NCBI GenBank assembly: GCA_003216915.1
Contig: QCIB01000007.1
Span: forward strand, 4,091-68,090
DNA: 64,000 bases
Direction: 5' to 3'
DNA from: Prochlorococcus sp. AG-402-I23
GTDB lineage: Bacteria > Cyanobacteriota > Cyanobacteriia > PCC-6307 > Cyanobiaceae
Shown piece by piece: positions 41,409 through 49,708 of the stretch. The notes under the pieces were generated by a model. It saw only the letters and a list, made by a program, of their open reading frames with translations. It made no database searches and was not told the origin of the DNA. A program made the position numbers and the translations under genes. Every line of letters begins with the position of its first letter. The stretch's first letter is position 1.

Positions 41409-42163
41409 TAATCGAACCTTATCAAAATCAAAGAAAAATAAGGCATAAATTCCTTTTTATATTGTGATGCATATTGAATAATTTGATCAGGCATTCCAAC
41501 ACTTAAAGCTATTAATGTTGTATTGATGATATCCTCTTTTTTTAAAATTTTCCTAACTAAATTCCATCTTTTGCCAACTTTCATAATTGCCAATACCGTT
41601 TTATTTGCCTTAGATTCTCTAATTAGGTTTGTTAATTCCGATTCTGAAGAAGGGCATTCTTTAATGATCAATGTCTCGCCTTTTTTTACCAAATCAAAAT
41701 CATTCAAAGCTGCTGCTGCTGAAATAGAGGAAATACCAGGTATTGTTTTGGTAATAATTTCAGCATGATTATTTTTTATTAACCTCAAAATATTAGAAGA
41801 ACTTGCAAATAGTGAAGTATCTCCAAGACAAAGTAAAACAACTGATTCGCCATTTTGTATAAATTTCACAATTTTTTCTACAGCATTAGACCATATTTCA
41901 TCTGGATCAAAATCCTTCCTAGCCATTGGAAAGATGATAGGAATATTTTTTTTAAATTTGGTGTATTTCTTGACTATTTCCGCAGCGAAACTCTTTTTAT
42001 TATCATCTGATATTGGGAAAACTATAACTTTCGCTTTTTTTATTGCATCCACTGCAGCAATTGTTAAAAGCGATGGATCTCCAGGGCCTACACCAACGAT
42101 GGTGAATGTTGGTGAATCAGTTTTATATCGATTAAGTAAACTTAAGAACTTGTTTATTATCAT
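41408..42163 (-). CDS. cobI: Precorrin-2 C20-methyltransferase
   Basis: VGVGPGDP.LLT, FPM, LGD.SLF, PGISS, IMK. Confidence 0.9.
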   Translation of the reverse strand: MIINKFLSLLNRYKTDSPTFTIVGVGPGDPSLLTIAAVDAIKKAKVIVFPISDDNKKSFAAEIVKKYTKFKKNIPIIFPMARKDFDPDEIWSNAVEKIVKFIQNGESVVLLCLGDTSLFASSSNILRLIKNNHAEIITKTIPGISSISAAAALNDFDLVKKGETLIIKECPSSESELTNLIRESKANKTVLAIMKVGKRWNLVRKILKKEDIINTTLIALSVGMPDQIIQYASQYKKEFMPYFSLILIRFD

Positions 42164-42179
42164 TTTTATTTTATTAACT

Positions 42180-42788
42180 TTAGCTATGTACCCTTGGCAA
42201 TAAAAAAGTTTCAGCTAGTATTGATGACTCAATTTCAGACAATTCCTCTAACCTTTTGAAAGTTTGATTTTTAGAGAATTTAGTTTGCGCTAGTTTCCAG
42301 TAAACTCCAAAATGTCTTGCCTCACTTTCAAGCAGAGACTCATAAAGGGATTTAAACGATTTATCTTCAGAATTCAGCGCAAGCAAACTCAATCTTTCAT
42401 GACTTCTTGCTTCAATAAGTCCTGCTATTAAGAAACTATCAAGCATTCTATTGGGTTCTTCCTTTCTTATATTCCTTGATAATTCAGCTCCATATGGAGG
42501 GGGTTTTAATGACTCAAGAGAATGTCCAAGATCCTTTAAAAAATAAAGTATTTTTTCAAAATGCTCTAATTCCTCTCTCGCTATTGGACTTAGAACTTCT
42601 GCCAGATTTGGTTCTGATGGATATCTAAACATCAATTGAATTGCTACTCCTGCTGCTTTTCTTTCACAATGAGCATGGTCAATAAGAATATCAATTGGAT
42701 TGGATAATGCGAGTTTGATCCACTCATTTGAGGTAAATGACGATAAATATTTTATATGAGAAGTGGGCCTTTTAAAATCGACTAGCAT
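42180..42788 (-). CDS. miaE: tRNA-(ms2io6A) hydroxylase
   Basis: DHAHCERKAA, EEL.HF, IEARSHER, SEARH di-iron ligands. Confidence 0.93.
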   Translation of the reverse strand: MLVDFKRPTSHIKYLSSFTSNEWIKLALSNPIDILIDHAHCERKAAGVAIQLMFRYPSEPNLAEVLSPIAREELEHFEKILYFLKDLGHSLESLKPPPYGAELSRNIRKEEPNRMLDSFLIAGLIEARSHERLSLLALNSEDKSFKSLYESLLESEARHFGVYWKLAQTKFSKNQTFKRLEELSEIESSILAETFLLPRVHS

Positions 42789-43229
42789 TTAATCCTTACT
42801 AATTAAATATCCAATGATTCCTTCAAGAGCTAAGGAATAACTTGATATGCCAAATCCACTAATAATTCCTATAGCTTTATCTGTAAGAAAAGATTCTTTA
42901 CGAAAATCTTCTCTACTAAAAATATTTGAAATATGTAATTCTACAAAAGGAATTTTTGATCCAATTAAAGCATCACGAATAGAAATCGAGGTATGAGTAA
43001 AAGCGCCAGCATTTATAAGAATACCTTGGATACTTTTTACAGACTCCTGAATTTTATCTACTATTTCTCCTTCGTGATTACTTTGAAAACATTCAAGATT
43101 AATACTTTTTTCTTTAGCAACTTTAATTAAATCTTTTTCTATATCACTCAATTTTTTATTACCATATATTTCAGGTTCTCTAGTGCCCAAAAGATTTAGA
43201 TTTGGTCCATTTATCAATAAAATATTCAT
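42789..43229 (-). CDS. aroQ: Type II 3-dehydroquinate dehydratase
   Basis: [30 protein letters not shown]; start trimmed to MNILL (alternative ATG at 43232). Confidence 0.96.
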   Translation of the reverse strand: MNILLINGPNLNLLGTREPEIYGNKKLSDIEKDLIKVAKEKSINLECFQSNHEGEIVDKIQESVKSIQGILINAGAFTHTSISIRDALIGSKIPFVELHISNIFSREDFRKESFLTDKAIGIISGFGISSYSLALEGIIGYLISKD

Positions 43230-43331
43230 CATCAATAAAGTCTTTTCTTTACAAATGCTATCTAGAAAGAAACAAAAAAACCAAAACAATTTCACACAAA
43301 GTGTCCATTAACTGATAAGTTCAAATAGTGG

Positions 43332-43413
43332 GGGTCGGTGCCCGAGTGGTTAAAGGGGGCGGACTGTAAATCCGCTGGCTCTGCCTACGTTGGTTCAAAT
43401 CCAACCCGGCCCA
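43332..43413 (+). tRNA. tRNA-Tyr(GTA)
   Basis: GGGTCGG/CCGGCCC acceptor stem, GCGGA-CTGTAAA-TCCGC anticodon arm, long variable arm, GGTTCAAATCC T-arm; CCA not encoded. Confidence 0.98.
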
Positions 43414-43423
43414 CTTTAAAATT

Positions 43424-43495
<72 letters not shown>

Positions 43496-43583
43496 CTTGA
43501 GCAATTAATTAATATAACTGAGATCTCGTAGATCAGCATTTTAACTAGAATTCAAATATATTTAACATAGTTTGTCTTTAGCA

Positions 43584-43775
43584 ATGCCACTATCGTCATA
43601 CCGGATGCACAAAATATATATTGCAGCAACCATGAATTATGGACTTGGTTCTGATGATCCAGAGGAGTTTGCCTACTACAACAAAATCAGAAAAGAGATG
43701 GATGATATGAAAAAACAACCAATTAAAAAAGGAATTTCCCTAAATTGGGATACTCCCGAAGGAATGGATAAATGA
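43584..43775 (+). CDS. Hypothetical 63-aa protein
   Basis: ORF track (TTG 43572); ATG at 43584 preferred. Confidence 0.65.
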   Translation: MPLSSYRMHKIYIAATMNYGLGSDDPEEFAYYNKIRKEMDDMKKQPIKKGISLNWDTPEGMDK

Positions 43776-43858
43776 ACCTGAATACTTTTTTATTAATTGA
43801 TGGGAGTTTAATGCTTATTGGTCTACCTTTATTGATGATTCTTAAAGGCAAAAATTGA
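43772..43858 (+). CDS. Putative 28-aa hydrophobic peptide (MNLNTFLLIDGSLMLIGLPLLMILKGKN)
   Basis: ATGA overlap with the upstream stop; TM-like segment with a basic tail. Confidence 0.5.
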   Translation: MNLNTFLLIDGSLMLIGLPLLMILKGKN

Positions 43859-44001
43859 TCAAAATTTCTTTACATTTTACCCATATTTAAATTCAATTGT
43901 TGATCCTTTATCCGTATATGGGAGTACCTCAAACCGTACATATTTATTAGTCGAATGGCCTCTCTAACTAGTTAGAACGTAGATGTAGTCGTCATGAGCA
44001 A

Positions 44002-44139
44002 ATGTCTACCAAATCCACACTAAAAGAAGATTATAAATCTGAGATTGAAGAAAGATCAGAAGAAGAACTTCTTGAAGAAGAAATCAGGAATCAGCAAACA
44101 TTGGATAACTTTGTTGAATCTGATAAAAACTGGAGCTGA
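44002..44139 (+). CDS. Putative 45-aa acidic protein (MSTKSTLKEDYKSEIEERSEEELLEEEIRNQQTLDNFVESDKNWS)
   Basis: Hand-translated; purine-rich coding-like composition. Confidence 0.6.
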   Translation: MSTKSTLKEDYKSEIEERSEEELLEEEIRNQQTLDNFVESDKNWS

Positions 44140-44167
44140 TTAAATTTTATTTATTTAGGAGAAAGTT

Positions 44168-44353
44168 ATGAACTTAAAAAGATCACCATTCTCAATTCTG
44201 GACAAAGACAAAAGAGAAATTGACTATATCAAAGGAGTTTACAACAGAAAAATTCAAGCTGAAATTGAATCTTATAAAGATCCCGAAGACGAAGATAAGA
44301 GAGATACAATCCAAGCTCAAGATGTATTGATACTTGATAGGATCTCAATTTAG
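44168..44353 (+). CDS. Hypothetical 61-aa protein
   Basis: AGGAGA ribosome-binding site upstream of the ATG. Confidence 0.7.
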   Translation: MNLKRSPFSILDKDKREIDYIKGVYNRKIQAEIESYKDPEDEDKRDTIQAQDVLILDRISI

Positions 44354-44652
44354 TTATTTTTTTTCTTCTTCTTCTTATCTTTCTTTTTCTTCCTTACCTT
44401 TTCATAAACCTCATCAGCCTTCTGTTCAATACTGTCCAGCTTATTTGAGATTTCTTTTATAGCTTCTGCTTTTCCTTCTTTAACTACAGTATCTTTTACC
44501 TCAATAATTTTAACTGGCTCTCCTTTAACTACAGTATCTTTTGTCTCTTCAGTTTTAATTCCAAACTTACCTTTAATAAAATTGACTAAGAAAATAAGAA
44601 CAGGTACATGAGCTAAACCGCCTATTACAATTCTTGTTTCTGAATAAGCCAT
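44350..44652 (-). CDS. Hypothetical protein with N-terminal hydrophobic helix, internal KDTVVK repeat and poly-Lys tail
   Basis: ORF track; internal 20-bp direct repeat. Confidence 0.75.
   Translation of the reverse strand: MAYSETRIVIGGLAHVPVLIFLVNFIKGKFGIKTEETKDTVVKGEPVKIIEVKDTVVKEGKAEAIKEISNKLDSIEQKADEVYEKVRKKKKDKKKKKKNN
44478..44542. repeat. Perfect 20-bp direct repeat CTTTAACTACAGTATCTTTT, 45-bp period
   Basis: Copies at 44478-44497 and 44523-44542, in frame. Confidence 0.9.
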
Positions 44653-44793
44653 TTAATAGTTAAGAGAACTGAGATATTAAAGCATAAATTTAATTTTTAA
44701 ATTCGTTTTATTAAGCCAATAAATATTAATAATCATTTCTTGATCCGTAGATCAATAATCTTGCTATTAATAGATTAGAGACTTTTTTATTAA

Positions 44794-44883
44794 ATGCCAT
44801 TAGACGTATTTCTAATGAACATGTGTGTTGTAGTTATTGCTTTGCTAATCAGAAGAGAAATCAAACTTAAGAAGGCGAGATAA
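44794..44883 (+). CDS. Putative 29-aa membrane peptide (MPLDVFLMNMCVVVIALLIRREIKLKKAR)
   Basis: Hand-translated; hydrophobic core plus basic tail. Confidence 0.55.
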   Translation: MPLDVFLMNMCVVVIALLIRREIKLKKAR

Positions 44884-44886
44884 ATC

Positions 44887-45006
44887 ATGCAAACAAAAAT
44901 TTTTAAAGGGCAATACATTCCAAATATCCATGCGATTACTCTTCTACTAATGCTTCTTCTATGTCTATGGTTACCTCTAGCACTCAGATTCTTATTAATA
45001 ATTTAG
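44887..45006 (+). CDS. Putative 39-aa membrane peptide (MQTKIFKGQYIPNIHAITLLLMLLLCLWLPLALRFLLII)
   Basis: Starts 3 nt after the previous stop; Leu-rich TM segment. Confidence 0.5.
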   Translation: MQTKIFKGQYIPNIHAITLLLMLLLCLWLPLALRFLLII

Positions 45007-45118
45007 TCAAATTAATTAGTTAATACTCTTATCCTTAAACTCTGCTATATCCTAATTTTGTTTTAACGATCTTATGTGGAACTCCTTTTCACATTAAACT
45101 TGATAGTTAGTTTTTCCA

Positions 45119-45403
45119 CTAATCAGAAACCCAACTTGTGATTTTCGTTGTGCTATAAATATGTCCTCCAGATTCTATATTCTTAATGGTTTCAGGATCT
45201 GAAAAAACATGCTTAGCCACACCTTCTTCAGCTTGATGAATAACAATAACTTCTTTTGGATCAATTAAACTTTTGCCACGATATAGAGGAGTAAGTCCTA
45301 CCGTTTTATGAAATGCATCTATCTCTGGACTATCAAACATTTTTACCCATTCCTCAAATGTATTTGAAAGTTTAAAGGTGAAAACAGTAGTTTCAATAGT
45401 CAT
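45119..45403 (-). CDS. DUF3764 family protein
   Basis: ETTVF.FK.SN.FEEW...FD, LYRG.S..DP..VIVIHQA.EG. Confidence 0.8.
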   Translation of the reverse strand: MTIETTVFTFKLSNTFEEWVKMFDSPEIDAFHKTVGLTPLYRGKSLIDPKEVIVIHQAEEGVAKHVFSDPETIKNIESGGHIYSTTKITSWVSD

Positions 45404-45447
45404 AAAAAAAAGCTAATTGCTATTTATTTTAGATCGACTGTCAATTA

Positions 45448-45795
45448 TCAAGAAAAAACTGGTGGATAAGGTGTTTGTCCATTCATTAATGATGTGTCAA
45501 TTTGTTTACAGATATTCATCAATGCATCTTGTCCGAACCCTGGACCAGAGGGTCCATCTATAAACTCCTGAAAATCTTCAGCAGAAATACCCTCTTTTAC
45601 TTCCCAAAAACAATATACAGGACCAGTTTTAGTTACGGCATTTGCAGAATGGTTAAAAAATCCTTTTTCTTTATTAGCTGCTACCGCATCATCCCATCCA
45701 CCACCTGGTGACATTGCCGCATAAGCTGTTTCCCACCATTTTTCAGCTTTTCCTGCCTTAAATTCATGATGAACAATATAAAAATTTGATGCCAT
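45448..45795 (-). CDS. Hypothetical 115-aa protein (MASNFYIVHHEFK...), possible ferredoxin-like/DABB fold
   Basis: Start trimmed from 45921 because that extension runs through a terminator and the repeat. Confidence 0.8.
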   Translation of the reverse strand: MASNFYIVHHEFKAGKAEKWWETAYAAMSPGGGWDDAVAANKEKGFFNHSANAVTKTGPVYCFWEVKEGISAEDFQEFIDGPSGPGFGQDALMNICKQIDTSLMNGQTPYPPVFS

Positions 45796-45872
45796 AAAAA
45801 TAATATTTGTACTGATAATAAGGCTACTTGATATAAGTAAAGGGAAGATTAATTTATTTTGAATTCCTAAAT

Positions 45873-45895
45873 AAAAAAAGGGGGCTAAAAGCCCC
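45873..45895 (-). terminator. Intrinsic terminator
   Basis: GGGGCT-TTT-AGCCCC stem followed by C-T7 on the minus strand. Confidence 0.85.
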
Positions 45896-45927
45896 AATCG
45901 ATCGACTGTCAATAAAAACAACCTTTA

Positions 45928-46281
45928 TCAGAATCCAGATATTGCTTCATAGAAATCAGCGTCTGGAAGTATTTCCTTCAAGGGTTCAATCTCCTTAGCT
46001 GGGCCTTGGACCTGCACAGTAATATCTGACACTTCAAAAAGCTTGGGAATCATATGTCCCATATTTTTTAGATGAAATAAAGCGGCGGCACCATCTTTAT
46101 ATGCCTCTCTTACATAAGCCTTATCTGATCCACATGTAGTGATATTAAAAAAAAGGCAGTCAGGTTCATTAGCTTTTGTCAGTGCCAAAATTTCTTCTAA
46201 AAGAGCTATGCACTGGTCCATCTTGCCATCCTTGATTGTGAAGTGGGGATGGATAGAAACCATGGTTGTATCGAGAGACAT
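45928..46281 (-). CDS. Antibiotic biosynthesis monooxygenase (ABM)-like dimeric alpha+beta barrel protein
   Basis: F.IK.GK....., EP.CL.F, RE.Y.D..A...H pattern; AGGAGA RBS upstream. Confidence 0.75.
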   Translation of the reverse strand: MSLDTTMVSIHPHFTIKDGKMDQCIALLEEILALTKANEPDCLFFNITTCGSDKAYVREAYKDGAAALFHLKNMGHMIPKLFEVSDITVQVQGPAKEIEPLKEILPDADFYEAISGF

Positions 46282-46421
46282 GAATTTGTAATTATTTCTC
46301 CTATCTTTCTAGCAACTAATCTTTATGAGCAAGTTAAAATTTTGGATTATCAATAAATTAAGAATTTTAATTTGGTATCGCATGTACCGTTTATATGTTT
46401 TTTGATAGCTATTAATTGTAT

Positions 46422-46604
46422 ATGAGTTATTTTGCTGAACCCAACCATATTGAATATGATGCATGGTTCGATGAAAATGTCGACCCAATAGATCTACTGA
46501 ATTACTCAGATGAAAAGGAGTTCAGTGATTCGGTACACTTTAAGTTCCATAAGATGTCCACTAGAAATTTAACGATTGGTTCTTCTGATAATTTTCACTG
46601 GTAA
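46422..46604 (+). CDS. Hypothetical acidic ~60-aa protein
   Basis: ORF track (TTG 46416); ATG at 46422. Confidence 0.55.
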   Translation: MSYFAEPNHIEYDAWFDENVDPIDLLNYSDEKEFSDSVHFKFHKMSTRNLTIGSSDNFHW

Positions 46605-46640
46605 GTAAAAGATTTTTCACTCCATAGATATTTATGAATC

Positions 46641-47018
46641 TTACGCAGAATATGTTCCATCACTTTCTCTTCTTGCCTTAGCTAATACAATTTCATCTAC
46701 AACTTTTTCAATCATGTAAGCGCTTTTTTTACCAAAACATTTTTCTTTTTTAATACTCTCAAAATCATTTGGGATTAAATCATTATGTTCACAACAATCG
46801 CATTTAATATCAATTTTCTTACCTCTTAAAACCTCCAAAGCTCTAGAAAAAATCCATTGCTGAACTGAAATACTTTCCCAACTATCAAAATTAGACCATT
46901 CATCAAAATCCCTATTCAGGATGCCTTTTAATCCATCAGCCTGATTTAAATATACTAAGTGTGAATTTTTTCTTGGTTCATCTTTAATACCAATTGTTTT
47001 GACAGAATTTTGATTCAT
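46641..47018 (-). CDS. Hypothetical protein
   Basis: 125-aa ORF with CDCC motif. Confidence 0.78.
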   Translation of the reverse strand: MNQNSVKTIGIKDEPRKNSHLVYLNQADGLKGILNRDFDEWSNFDSWESISVQQWIFSRALEVLRGKKIDIKCDCCEHNDLIPNDFESIKKEKCFGKKSAYMIEKVVDEIVLAKARRESDGTYSA

Positions 47019-47088
47019 AAATATAGACTAATTGAGTAGCCCTATAAATCTAAAGGATAATTTCAAAAAATATAAACGAAAAAATGTC

Positions 47089-47556
47089 TCATATAAGATC
47101 ATTAATTGCTTTATCTAATCTAGAAGTATGATTTGTATTTCTGAGCAATTCAAAATCCTTAAAATCAAAGCCCGGGCCAACACAACAACTCACTAAAGTA
47201 AATTCGCCTTTACTTTTTGCAGCTTGCCAATATCCAGATGGGATCATTTCTACTGGATTATTGGAATCTAAGATTAAATTTCTTATTAACTTATTATCGT
47301 TATCTAGGCACCATAAATTCAGAGGATCGCCCCTTAGATAAATCCAAATTTCATCTGCATTTTTTACTCTGTGCCAAGCACTTTTTGCATCTCTCTCCAA
47401 AAGATAATAAATTCCCGTAATAAAGTTTCTACTTTGGCCATCTTCCCTTATTAGAGAATTCTTACTCCTTACTATCTCTTTAAACCATCCACCCTCAGGA
47501 TGAGGAGATAAATTAAATTGTTTAATTATTTCTATATTTTGTTGTTTAGGATTCAC
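47089..47556 (-). CDS. Cupin_5 (DUF985) family protein
   Basis: L.PHPEGGWF, IYYLL, WHRV..ADEIW, WQAA, LVSC.V.PGFDF.DF. Confidence 0.92.
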   Translation of the reverse strand: MNPKQQNIEIIKQFNLSPHPEGGWFKEIVRSKNSLIREDGQSRNFITGIYYLLERDAKSAWHRVKNADEIWIYLRGDPLNLWCLDNDNKLIRNLILDSNNPVEMIPSGYWQAAKSKGEFTLVSCCVGPGFDFKDFELLRNTNHTSRLDKAINDLI

Positions 47557-47638
47557 TTCACAAAAATATCTTTTAAATTTCTCTTACAGTGAATAACTAT
47601 CTGAAAATAAATCAAAATAAAATATATTTTCTAAAAAC

Positions 47639-47782
47639 TTAAGCACAAATAACTGACAAATCTACAAAATTTTTATTTTCATCTGCCAGTTCGGTAATGA
47701 TTCTATTGAGCCATTCAGAGGTAGTTTCACAATAGCCTACATTTAAAATAGTTTTTTGCTTTGCTGTTTCTTCTTTGTTCAT
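47639..47782 (-). CDS. Putative 47-aa protein (MNKEETAKQKTILNVGYCETTSEWLNRIITELADENKNFVDLSVICA)
   Basis: Hand-translated ORF filling an intergenic gap. Confidence 0.55.
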   Translation of the reverse strand: MNKEETAKQKTILNVGYCETTSEWLNRIITELADENKNFVDLSVICA

Positions 47783-47964
47783 AGTAAAAGTATTTTTATG
47801 TAAATTAGTCTTTAATTAAATCTATGTGAATAAGTCTTAATTACTATCTATTGAAAAAAGTTGTATTTAATACATATTTAAGAACTACTAGTAAACAAAT
47901 AATATTAATTAGTTGACAAGAAAATCTATCCAAGTAAGAGTAGAAAAAATTTATTATTTAACCT

Positions 47965-48150
47965 ATGAATAACATCAAGATTGAGGAATTGATGAAAGTA
48001 AGGTTTGATGGTATTGCAAATAGAATTGGGCAATTAAGCAAAAGGGAAAGTGAATCTTTATTACTTGAGCATCTTGAGTGGTTGGAGGGAGGATGGGAGA
48101 CAGAAGAAATTTTATTTTTAAAAAAGCCTTACAGAAAATGGTGGTTTTAA
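47965..48150 (+). CDS. Hypothetical 61-aa protein
   Basis: ORF track; TTGACA at 47913 upstream. Confidence 0.65.
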   Translation: MNNIKIEELMKVRFDGIANRIGQLSKRESESLLLEHLEWLEGGWETEEILFLKKPYRKWWF

Positions 48151-48168
48151 CTCCACTTCTATAAATAA

Positions 48169-48948
48169 TTAATTATGGCCTAAGGGACCAGGGCCAGATC
48201 CTATTTTGTAGGAATTTAATAAAGATTTCTCAACAAATAATTTCGCTTTTTGTATGGAATCAAGTAACTCAAAACCTAAAGCTTTGTAACCACATATAGC
48301 AGCACTCAAAGTACAACCGCTACCGTGGGTATTTTTTGTATTAATAAAATTATTAAAGAGCCACTCTTTTCTACCATTTAAGTCAAGAAAAAAATCCTTC
48401 CCTTTCATATCTTTTAAACCGCCACCTTTTATAAGTACCGCTTTTGCTCCAAGACCAATAATTTTTCTTGCGGAATTTTCGATATCTTCTTTACTCCTTA
48501 TTTCTAAACCAGAAAGTAGATTTGCTTCATAAATATTTGGAGTTACCAAATCCGCAATTGGTAATAAGAGTTTTTTATAAGCATTAATCGCAGAATCTTC
48601 CAGTAATTTAGAGCCAGTTCTTGTAACCATTACAGGGTCAATAATTTTGGTTATTTTATATGTATTTAATTTTGAAGCAGTATCATTAATTATCCTTTCA
48701 TTTAATAACATTCCAGTTTTTAAGGCATCAATACCAAAATCAGCAAATAAAGTATCTAACTGATTTAATAAAGTATCTTTCTCTACTGGTTGAACGCATG
48801 TAACCTCTATACTATTTTGTGCGGTAATACATGTAATAACAGAACATCCATGTACTTTAAGGGCCATGAAAGTTCTCAAGTCAGCCTGTATACCTGCTCC
48901 ACCCCCGGAGTCACTACCGCCTATTGAAAGTGCAATTTTAGAATACAT
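48169..48948 (-). CDS. thiD: Hydroxymethylpyrimidine/phosphomethylpyrimidine kinase
   Basis: [38 protein letters not shown]. Confidence 0.96.
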   Translation of the reverse strand: MYSKIALSIGGSDSGGGAGIQADLRTFMALKVHGCSVITCITAQNSIEVTCVQPVEKDTLLNQLDTLFADFGIDALKTGMLLNERIINDTASKLNTYKITKIIDPVMVTRTGSKLLEDSAINAYKKLLLPIADLVTPNIYEANLLSGLEIRSKEDIENSARKIIGLGAKAVLIKGGGLKDMKGKDFFLDLNGRKEWLFNNFINTKNTHGSGCTLSAAICGYKALGFELLDSIQKAKLFVEKSLLNSYKIGSGPGPLGHN

Positions 48949-48997
48949 AATTTATTAACTCGTTTATAAAAGTACTATAAATAAATTTTAATTTTAA

Positions 48998-49621
48998 TCA
49001 GAAATCTGAATATGCATTAAAAAAATCTAACTCCAATTCCATAGCTCTCTTGTATAAATATTTGGCCTGATCAATATCATATGTTTCTTTATTGGTCTCA
49101 ATAAGATTTTCAAGTGAATCTGCTAGCTTTTCAAAGCTCTCATCAGAGTAAGTAATTATCCATTCTTTATATTTAATGTCAAAATCCTCTTTATATAAAC
49201 TTTTACCTATCCAAGAATAAAGTCGCATACATGGAGTCATTGCAAACATTATTTCAAGAGAGCTAAGTTTTTTGGAAGTATCGTCAAGGAAATCTGTATA
49301 ATTTTTTGTAGCTTTTTTTATATAGTTATTAGATAAATCAATATCCCATTTTTTTGCATAAGTTTCATGAAGTATTAACTCCTCAGAAACTCCCATTAAA
49401 AGTTCACTCAACTTCCTTATTGAATATTTATCTTTTGATTTAGAAACTGCAAGACCATATGCCTTTGCAAAAGTCTCTAAAAAGAAATAATCTTGAGCTA
49501 AATATTCTTGAAATATATTTTTAGGGAGATTTCCATTCTTTAAACCTTGAACAAATTTTGTATTTAAACTTAGTAAAGCAATCTTATAATTATCCTCCCA
49601 AAGTTTTTTTGTTATTTTCAT
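48998..49621 (-). CDS. tenA: TenA/thiaminase II family protein
   Basis: YLAQD..FL..F, PCMRLY.W.G, Y.EWI..Y, E..FF. Confidence 0.9.
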   Translation of the reverse strand: MKITKKLWEDNYKIALLSLNTKFVQGLKNGNLPKNIFQEYLAQDYFFLETFAKAYGLAVSKSKDKYSIRKLSELLMGVSEELILHETYAKKWDIDLSNNYIKKATKNYTDFLDDTSKKLSSLEIMFAMTPCMRLYSWIGKSLYKEDFDIKYKEWIITYSDESFEKLADSLENLIETNKETYDIDQAKYLYKRAMELELDFFNAYSDF

Positions 49622-49708
49622 TTTTTTTGATTTTTAGTTATTCTAAAATTTTTTATATTTTTTACCTACAAACTTAATCTTATTTTTCTAGGATTAAAAG
49701 AAAAAATT

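Larger units (their letters stand above)
45432..45913. repeat. Pair of 14-bp direct repeats GATCGACTGTCAAT
   Basis: Identical copies at 45432-45445 and 45900-45913, each just downstream of a minus-strand TGATAA double stop. Confidence 0.85.

Noticed and set aside
43233-43295. Long N-terminal extension of aroQ in the track
   Set aside because: AroQ homology starts at (M)MNILL; the extension covers the likely divergent tRNA promoter region
45796-45921. Track extension of the 45448 ORF to 157 aa
   Set aside because: It crosses an intrinsic terminator and the 14-bp repeat; ATG at 45795 is more plausible
46375-46387. Possible NtcA site GTATCGCATGTAC
   Set aside because: Spacer is 7 nt rather than the required 8
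45079-46523. 13-bp match TGAAAAGGAGTTC between 45079-45091 (minus) and 46511-46523 (plus)
   Set aside because: Single short match with one copy inside a coding region; compatible with chance
47639-47782. Suspected frameshifted pseudogene
   Set aside because: Re-reading gave one intact 47-codon frame
49622-49708. TPP riboswitch upstream of tenA-thiD
   Set aside because: Spacer is almost entirely A/T and lacks the CTGAGA and GATAA/AGCG core elements
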